Of a stretch of 32,000 nucleotides of DNA, positions 26,490-32,000 are shown piece by piece. The DNA comes from Vibrio alginolyticus NBRC 15630 = ATCC 17749. GTDB lineage: Bacteria > Pseudomonadota > Gammaproteobacteria > Enterobacterales > Vibrionaceae. The stretch's first letter is position 1, and every line of letters starts with the position of its first letter. The notes below the pieces were generated by a model that was not told the origin of the DNA, did not search any database, and was given only the letters and a program-made list of their open reading frames with translations. The position numbers and the translations under genes were made by a program. The DNA lies in contig NC_022359.1 in assembly GCF_000354175.2 (NCBI RefSeq), forward strand, positions 1,780,171-1,812,170, in the 5' to 3' direction.

Positions 26490-28004
26490 TTAGTTCACCT
26501 CAGTAAACTGGTCGATCAGGCGACGCTCACGTGGGTCGCGTTGTGCATTCTTCACGCGGTCACTCTCACCTTGGATTACACGCTCGTGAAGCAGTGGAAT
26601 CACAGCGTATTGCTCAAGGATTTTGCTTTCTGCTTCGATGATCGCTTGTTGGCGTTTCTCACCCAACGGCTGACGATCAGCGTGTTTCAATGCTGCGTCC
26701 ACTTCTTCAGAGCAGAACTGACCTAGGTTGTAAGAACCTTTACAGCTAAAGTCACTTTGCATGTACGCCACTGGATCACCAGAATCCAACACTGTTGCAC
26801 GTGACAACAAGAACGCATCGAACTTACCTGCTAGTGCATCGTTTTCGATTTGTGCGTATTCACGAACGTCTAGTTCAACCACAAAGCCAGCCGCTTCAAG
26901 TTGTTGCTTTAATAGCACCGCTACTTCTGGCAACTCAGCACGGTCGGTAAATGTACCGATGGTGATCTTCTCACCGTTCGCGTGGCGCATTTCCATGGTT
27001 TCCATACGAGGGTTCGCGTCACGAATTGGTTGAGCCCATGCCAATGCAGGACCTAACAAACCTTTTGCTGAATCGGCGTGGTTCTCGTAAACCGTTTTGA
27101 TGATTTGCTCACGGTTAACCGCTTGAGCTGCTGCTTTACGCAAACCGAACTGGCTAAACACATCTGATTTGTTGTTTAGGTAAAGCGTGTTGGTACGTGG
27201 CATTGCGACTTCATGCAACTGTGAAGATTCCATCATCGCGATTTGCGATACAGGAACCGCTTCAACGACATCCGCCTCACCGGTACGCAGTGCAGCAGCA
27301 CGAGCAAAACCGTTTGGTACGTATTCAGCAAAGATACTGTCTACTTTTGCTTTTTCACCCCAGTAACCGTCAAAACGCTTCAGTTTTGCGCTGGTTGTCC
27401 CGTTGATTTCTGTCAGAACGAATGGACCCGTACCCGCATTGATTGGCACAACACGACCGTTTTCTTGATATGCAGCACCAGAAAGGATCGCTAGCTGTGG
27501 GCTAGATAGACGGCTTGGCAACAATGGATCGTTAAAGGTCGTTTTGATTTCAACAGTGAAGTCGTCCAATGCGCGAACTTGCCATTCGATACCATCCAAA
27601 ATGCGTGGCTTAGGTGCGGCATCTAATGCTTTTTGTAGAGAGTTCACAACCGCGTTGGCGTCAAGGTCAGAACCATCGTGGAATTTAACGCCCTTACGTA
27701 CTGTAAATTGCCACGTCATCGGATCAACTTGTTCCCATTCCGTTGCCAGCATAGGCTCTGCTACCGACTGATCGTTTAGGTTCACTAGCGTTTCTGCTGT
27801 GCTCCAACGTGACAGTTTGAACGCGTCATCTGAAAGTGGTGACAAACCTGTGCGTGGTGGTTGCATCATGGCAACGCGAATTTCCGTTGCTTGCGGTGCA
27901 GCTGCTTTTTCCGCTTCTGGCTTGCTTTCGCCAGAGTCAAAACAACCCGTCAGCAATGCGCTTAAAGCCAGCGACAAAGCTAACTTGGGAGTACTAAGGT
28001 GCAT
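26490..28004 (-). CDS. Family-5 (peptide/nickel/opine) ABC substrate-binding lipoprotein
   Basis: The lipobox is LLTGC. WTFxLRKGVKFHDGS-type motifs are present (WQFTVRKGVKFHDGS). The ORF track starts at 28037. I prefer the ATG at 28004, which has GGAGAGG upstream. Confidence 0.85.
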   Translation of the reverse strand: MHLSTPKLALSLALSALLTGCFDSGESKPEAEKAAAPQATEIRVAMMQPPRTGLSPLSDDAFKLSRWSTAETLVNLNDQSVAEPMLATEWEQVDPMTWQFTVRKGVKFHDGSDLDANAVVNSLQKALDAAPKPRILDGIEWQVRALDDFTVEIKTTFNDPLLPSRLSSPQLAILSGAAYQENGRVVPINAGTGPFVLTEINGTTSAKLKRFDGYWGEKAKVDSIFAEYVPNGFARAAALRTGEADVVEAVPVSQIAMMESSQLHEVAMPRTNTLYLNNKSDVFSQFGLRKAAAQAVNREQIIKTVYENHADSAKGLLGPALAWAQPIRDANPRMETMEMRHANGEKITIGTFTDRAELPEVAVLLKQQLEAAGFVVELDVREYAQIENDALAGKFDAFLLSRATVLDSGDPVAYMQSDFSCKGSYNLGQFCSEEVDAALKHADRQPLGEKRQQAIIEAESKILEQYAVIPLLHERVIQGESDRVKNAQRDPRERRLIDQFTEVN

Positions 28005-28842
28005 AAGAAACCTCTCCAATGGTTTTTGTGAATTCATTACTTTTGTGTTGAGCGCTCATCAAGGCTCTCGTGATCAAGTGCGATGGGTTATTTGTCACGT
28101 TTTGTGCCGTGCCGTGCTCGACAACGCGTCCTTTGTCTAACACTAGGATTTCATCGCATAGGGTTTGTGCCGCATCGAGGTCATGTGTCACCAAAATCAG
28201 GCGCATCTGACGACTCTTTTGAATGCCTGCCAACAATTCGAGAATCTGTTTACGACTGACGGGGTCTAGGCTGCTGGTTGGCTCATCGGCAACCAACACA
28301 CAAGGCTCGACAATCAAAGCTCTAGCGATAGCCACGCGTTGGGCTTGCCCAACTGATAATTGCTGCGGGTTACGATCCAACAATGTGAGATCCAAACCGA
28401 CATCCGCTAAGACCTTTTCCACCTTCTCGTTAAGCTCTTGCGTCAAACCAATGTTGCTTAGCGGCTCCAGTAAGATCTGGCGAACGGTGTAGTACGGATT
28501 CAAGCTCGATTGCGGCTCTTGTGGGATCAGCTGAATGTGCTGACACAACTCTTGTCGCTGCTTAGCCGAGCTACGCGATAACGGATAACCACACACATAC
28601 ACTTCACCAGATGTGGGTTTACGAAGACCAAACAGAAGTTCAATCAAGGTCGATTTACCCGCACCAGACGGACCAACAATCGCAATGTTCTTTGTGTCGA
28701 TGGCAAGATCCAATTGTTCGAGCGCTTTGAACGGTTTGCCCCCTAACCAACTTGGTTTGGAGTAATAGTGAACACTGGCTTGCTCAAAGCGAACTTCCGC
28801 CGATTTAGGCTGCGTGTGCCCGCTCAAGTTGTGCTTAGTCAA
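27994..28842 (-). CDS. ABC transporter ATP-binding protein (NikE-like, short form)
   Basis: Walker A is GPSGAGKST, the signature variant is LSVGQAQR, and Walker B is LVADEPTSSLD. The ORF track starts at 28926, overlapping the upstream gene by 64 nt. I prefer the TTG at 28842, which has GGAG 6 nt upstream. Confidence 0.8.
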   Translation of the reverse strand: MTKHNLSGHTQPKSAEVRFEQASVHYYSKPSWLGGKPFKALEQLDLAIDTKNIAIVGPSGAGKSTLIELLFGLRKPTSGEVYVCGYPLSRSSAKQRQELCQHIQLIPQEPQSSLNPYYTVRQILLEPLSNIGLTQELNEKVEKVLADVGLDLTLLDRNPQQLSVGQAQRVAIARALIVEPCVLVADEPTSSLDPVSRKQILELLAGIQKSRQMRLILVTHDLDAAQTLCDEILVLDKGRVVEHGTAQNVTNNPSHLITRALMSAQHKSNEFTKTIGEVSYAP

Positions 28843-28862
28843 AATAGGCTCCAGAGATGAGG

Positions 28863-29624
28863 TTAAGGCAGCAGTTGCGCAAGTTGTTGGCAGAAAGGAT
28901 GCGAACTTTGCTGAATGGCTTGCCATGGTGCGCCATAAGCCACCATGGTGTTGTCCGCAATCACCAAGACTTTGTCACACGCCAAAGCCGCAGACAGATC
29001 GTGCGTGATCAACAAACCACTGATGTTGCGTTGCTGAACACTGCTGCGGAACAACTCAAGGATCTCCGCTTCGGTGATTGGATCGAGCGCACTGGTGGGC
29101 TCATCAGCGATGATCAAGTTGGCACTACCAAGCAATGCAATGGCAATACAAATACGCTGGCGCTGACCACCAGATAGCTGACTTGGATGCTGCGCCAATG
29201 CTGCTTTTGGATCCGCAAATCCGAGTTGAGACAACAAGGTCGTCACCGTGTCTCGGTTTGCTGAAGACAAGCGCGTTTTGTTGCCCGTCAATGCCAAACA
29301 CAGTTGTTGTTCGACAGAGGCCAATGGATTCAGTGCTTTGAGTGCATCTTGGAAAATGACCGCGGGACGCTGCGACTGACTGCGTTGCAGCATGACAGTT
29401 TGTGCGACTTCACTGCTGTTAAGCTGGATACTTCCGTCTACCCAAATATCAGACGGCAAAAAACCTGCGACGGCTTTCGACAACATGGATTTACCAATGC
29501 CGGAAGGTCCCATAATGGCAAGAACTTCACCTTGAAACAGCTCAAAAGAAATGTCTTTGAAGAGTGTGCGCTCTGAGTCTGTAAGGCTGAGATTATTAAC
29601 GGAGAGTATTGGTCGAGAAATCAC
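28863..29624 (-). CDS. ABC transporter ATP-binding protein (NikD-like, short form)
   Basis: Walker A is GPSGIGKS, the signature is LSGGQRQR, and Walker B is IIADEPTSALD. The start is uncertain: candidates are GTG 29624, ATG 29654 and ATG 29669. The track ORF running to 29912 overlaps the MATE gene and is not credible. Confidence 0.8.
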   Translation of the reverse strand: MISRPILSVNNLSLTDSERTLFKDISFELFQGEVLAIMGPSGIGKSMLSKAVAGFLPSDIWVDGSIQLNSSEVAQTVMLQRSQSQRPAVIFQDALKALNPLASVEQQLCLALTGNKTRLSSANRDTVTTLLSQLGFADPKAALAQHPSQLSGGQRQRICIAIALLGSANLIIADEPTSALDPITEAEILELFRSSVQQRNISGLLITHDLSAALACDKVLVIADNTMVAYGAPWQAIQQSSHPFCQQLAQLLP

Positions 29625-29634
29625 GGCATCAAAA

Positions 29635-29657
29635 TAAATGTAATAATATAACATCAC
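29635..29657. promoter_or_regulatory. Zur-box-like AT-rich palindrome upstream of the ABC operon
   Basis: TAAATGTAATAATATAACATCAC matches 19 of 23 positions of the gammaproteobacterial Zur consensus as I remember it (GAAATGTTATAATATAACATTTC). Confidence 0.45.
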
Positions 29658-29729
29658 AAATAATATCATGCGGGTTAAAGCAAGGAAACCAGTCGGAGGG
29701 GTTATTTCATCACCTTTTTCAGATTTATC

Positions 29730-29757
29730 AACAAGGGCAGATGGCTCCACCCTTGTT
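29730..29757 (-). terminator. Hairpin between the MATE gene and the ABC operon
   Basis: An 8-bp stem aacaaggg / cccttgtt closes a 12-nt loop. There is no clear U-tract. Confidence 0.4.
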
Positions 29758-29796
29758 ATAAGAACATCTAAATTAGGTCGTTTGTGACAGTGTGAA

Positions 29797-31101
29797 TTAC
29801 TGACACTTTTGTTTGACTTGTTCGAGGTATGGGAACAAGAAGACAAAGCGCCCAACGTAGAACAGAGTGAATGCCAGCCATAAACCGTGGTTGCCCCAAT
29901 ATTGCACCGCAATAAATTGAGTCACTAAGAACAACACCATGGTTAGAAAGGTAGAGTTACGCACTGGTCGCGTCGTCCCTGTACCGGTAAAGATGCCGTA
30001 AAACGTAAGACCAAAACCAGCAACCAACGGGAATGCCAATAACCAAGGGCTCATGTCTAGATACAGTTCAACAAGGTTTGGCAAGGTGGTAAACAACATC
30101 ACCACTTGGTGTTTGAACAGCACTAACAGCAAGGTCAAGACAACAACGAACGCCGCGGTCCATTGCGTGTTTAGCTTAATCACGTTATCAAGCAATGTCG
30201 TATTCTTCTGGCCTACCGCTTTACCTGCAAAGACGCTCGACGCGTTCGCTACACCGTCGAACATGTAGCTGACGATAAAGGTCACTTGCATCATGATTGC
30301 GTTCGCAGCAAGCACATCAGAACCAAGCTGAGAGCCTACACGCGCCATCATGTTGAAGAACACCAATAGACACACAGTACGAAGCAGCAGATCCATATTG
30401 GAAGACGCAATGACTTTGAGAGCTTTACGCGTCATTTTTGCGGTCTGAATGTGATCAAACAGCGGGAAGCGACAGGTTTTCAACACCAGCACCGCACCAA
30501 TAACAAACGTCGAGATTTGCGCGATAAGTGTCGCCACCGCAACACCAGCAATGCCCATATCAAAGTACAACACAAATACGATATCCAGCACGATGTTCAG
30601 AACATTACCAAACACTTGCGTGAACAAGGTTTCTTTGGCTTTCGCCTGCCCCATCAACCAACCAATCACGGTGTAGTTCAGCAGTACAAACGGCGCACCA
30701 AAGATCATGATATCGAAGTAAGTCTTAGCGTTTTCGGCCACGACTGCATCAGGGGAGATAATCAGCTCTGCCCCCATCCAAATCACGGACTGCAACGCAA
30801 TGAAAATCAAGCCAAGGCAGAGCGAAAGCACGAAAGGACGCAATAAGCTACTCGCTTGATCCTCTGGGCTATTTTTACCTAATGCGATTGCACTTTGCCC
30901 GGTAGTACTGACGCGGAAGAAGCCAAACAGCCAATACAAGGTATTCATGATGACGGTGCCGATCGCTACACCACCAATCATCTCAGCCACACCGAGTTTA
31001 CCGATCACCGCGGTGTCCACCGCCCCCAACAATGGTTGGGTAACAGTAGAAACAATGAAAGGAAATGCGATTTTAAAATAGTCTTTATGAGTCAGGGACA
31101 T
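29797..31101 (-). CDS. MATE-family efflux transporter (DinF-like subfamily)
   Basis: The protein has 12 TM segments. The N-terminus ...IAFPFIVSTVTQPLLGAVDTAVIGKLG resembles the DinF P-x-LGLVDTAVIGHL region. Confidence 0.9.
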   Translation of the reverse strand: MSLTHKDYFKIAFPFIVSTVTQPLLGAVDTAVIGKLGVAEMIGGVAIGTVIMNTLYWLFGFFRVSTTGQSAIALGKNSPEDQASSLLRPFVLSLCLGLIFIALQSVIWMGAELIISPDAVVAENAKTYFDIMIFGAPFVLLNYTVIGWLMGQAKAKETLFTQVFGNVLNIVLDIVFVLYFDMGIAGVAVATLIAQISTFVIGAVLVLKTCRFPLFDHIQTAKMTRKALKVIASSNMDLLLRTVCLLVFFNMMARVGSQLGSDVLAANAIMMQVTFIVSYMFDGVANASSVFAGKAVGQKNTTLLDNVIKLNTQWTAAFVVVLTLLLVLFKHQVVMLFTTLPNLVELYLDMSPWLLAFPLVAGFGLTFYGIFTGTGTTRPVRNSTFLTMVLFLVTQFIAVQYWGNHGLWLAFTLFYVGRFVFLFPYLEQVKQKCQ

Positions 31102-31324
31102 CTTAAATTATGAACGGGGTTAATTTTTATAAGGTCGCTATCATATGCGAATGGCGCCCGAACATGAACCAAAGTTCGCCAGCAAGGAATAGCATTGATA
31201 ATTGATACAACCAGCAAACGTATTCTCATACCAAAGCTTGAAATAGGATAACGACTTATGAGAAAAGCCAAGTTAACTGCATATAAATGAGTTTCTAGTT
31301 TGGAAAGATTAGCGTTTGGTGGGG

Positions 31325-31352
31325 CATGGCAGATCAGAATGTATCTGCCATG
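31325..31352. other. Perfect 10-bp-stem hairpin (catggcagat / atctgccatg) downstream of ppiC
   Basis: This is a perfect inverted repeat with an 8-nt loop and no U-tract on either strand. Confidence 0.35.
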
Positions 31353-31444
31353 TCATAACGGTAGTGATTGGTTAAAAGAGACCGTGCAGATGATATTTAA
31401 TGCTTGTGGGTTTCATCTGACAATGTTTAGGTCGATACCAAGCC

Positions 31445-31723
31445 TTATGTTCTGTAAAGCACCTTTACAACATGCCAACCGAACTTGGTTTTAACTAGAT
31501 GCGGCGTTAACACTTCGCCAGAAAAGCACACTTTGTCGAATTGAGGTACCATTTGACCACGGCGGAATTCACCAAGGTCACCACCGCGTTTGCCTGACGG
31601 GCAAGTTGAATACTTCTTCGCTAATGTCTGAAACTTTGCGCCTTTTTTCAGTTGCTTGATTATGTCTTCCGCTTGCTCTTTGTGCTTCACAAGAATATGT
31701 AATGCGGCTGCTGTATTTGCCAT
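31445..31723 (-). CDS. ppiC: Peptidyl-prolyl cis-trans isomerase C (parvulin)
   Basis: [13 protein letters not shown]...[25 protein letters not shown]...[11 protein letters not shown] is collinear with the 93-aa E. coli PpiC. The ORF track extends to 31786. I prefer the ATG at 31723. Confidence 0.9.
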   Translation of the reverse strand: MANTAAALHILVKHKEQAEDIIKQLKKGAKFQTLAKKYSTCPSGKRGGDLGEFRRGQMVPQFDKVCFSGEVLTPHLVKTKFGWHVVKVLYRT

Positions 31724-32000
31724 TGATCTATCTCTCACTATTCTGGTCGCGCAAGTGTACCCAATCCTTTTTAACAGACCAAACATTTCTTAATAATAGC
31801 TCAGCGGTAAAGGCCCAAATACACGAGGAATATAAAATCGTCTACATAATGAGTTTAAAATACAAACAAGTTTTGCTCAGTTAATCACTATTCTCTAAAA
31901 GATTGTCTAAAAAGCTCACATTTGTCTCTCCGATGGTTGAAGCCTTCGTCTGATAAGATTAGATTAGACACAATTCGGTGGTATTTATAAGGTTATTTTC

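Noticed and set aside
28843-28926. The ATG start at 28926 for the second ATPase, which would give a 64-nt overlap with the upstream ATPase.
   Set aside because: A TTG at 28842 with GGAG 6 nt upstream lies just after the upstream stop. It gives a normal N-terminus. Long overlaps are atypical.
29625-29912. The 5' extension of track ORF 28863..29912 (349 aa), which overlaps the 3' end of the MATE gene by 116 nt.
   Set aside because: The extension has no ABC-ATPase homology and crosses a hairpin and an AT-rich promoter-like stretch. The first beta-strand and Walker A are at the normal distance only if translation starts near 29624-29669.
31102-31320. A LexA (SOS) box upstream of the DinF-like MATE gene.
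   Set aside because: I looked for CTGT-N8-ACAG. The only near-miss, CTGCatataaatGAGT, lacks the second half-site.
31300-31884. Plus-strand ORFs 31300..31494 and 31702..31884 flanking or overlapping ppiC.
   Set aside because: They overlap the ppiC gene or its flanks antisense. They have no RBS and no recognisable motif.
1-32000. CRISPR arrays, integron attC/VCR repeats, IS elements, prophage or defence-island signatures.
   Set aside because: I saw no regularly spaced direct repeats and no transposase, integrase or recombinase ORFs. I also saw no terminal inverted repeats and no obviously compositionally foreign block. The window reads as core or accessory metabolic chromosome.

Overview
This window looks like an ordinary chromosomal segment of a marine Vibrio-type gammaproteobacterium. 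That call is an inference from protein families, for example a Vibrio-type M9A collagenase and very E. coli-like RcnA/RcnR/AccD/PpiC; no search was run. I support about 30 genes in mixed orientation. I saw no rRNA, tRNA, CRISPR array, transposase, integrase or phage genes. In order, the content is: a UspA-like protein; a translationally coupled KefF/G-KefB/C potassium efflux pair; two overlapping small unknown ORFs divergent from an atypical ArsR; a leaderless-looking GH13 alpha-amylase; a Cys-free MerR regulator followed by a textbook MerR-type promoter driving a carboxymuconolactone-decarboxylase-family gene; a small unknown ORF; a secreted collagenase; an unknown membrane protein; an out-of-context accD copy divergent from a LysR regulator; a methyl-accepting chemotaxis protein (MCP); about 520 bp of noncoding DNA holding an orphan terminator and a perfect 20-bp palindrome; rcnA-rcnR with two G6-tract operators; a six-gene L-threonate/D-erythronate (DUF1537 kinase) catabolic operon with a divergent DeoR regulator; a Nik/Dpp-type ABC importer with unusual order and a fused permease behind a Zur-box-like palindrome; a DinF-like MATE exporter; and ppiC. 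I found no clear, complete novel system such as a defence island. The best candidates for new biology are the ArsR plus two-small-ORF module, the Zur-box-associated fused-permease ABC importer, the structured insertion replacing the His-rich loop of RcnA, the lone accD paralog, and the candidate sRNA/palindrome region at 15.1-15.6 kb. All functional calls rest on motif recognition by eye and on remembered homolog sequences.
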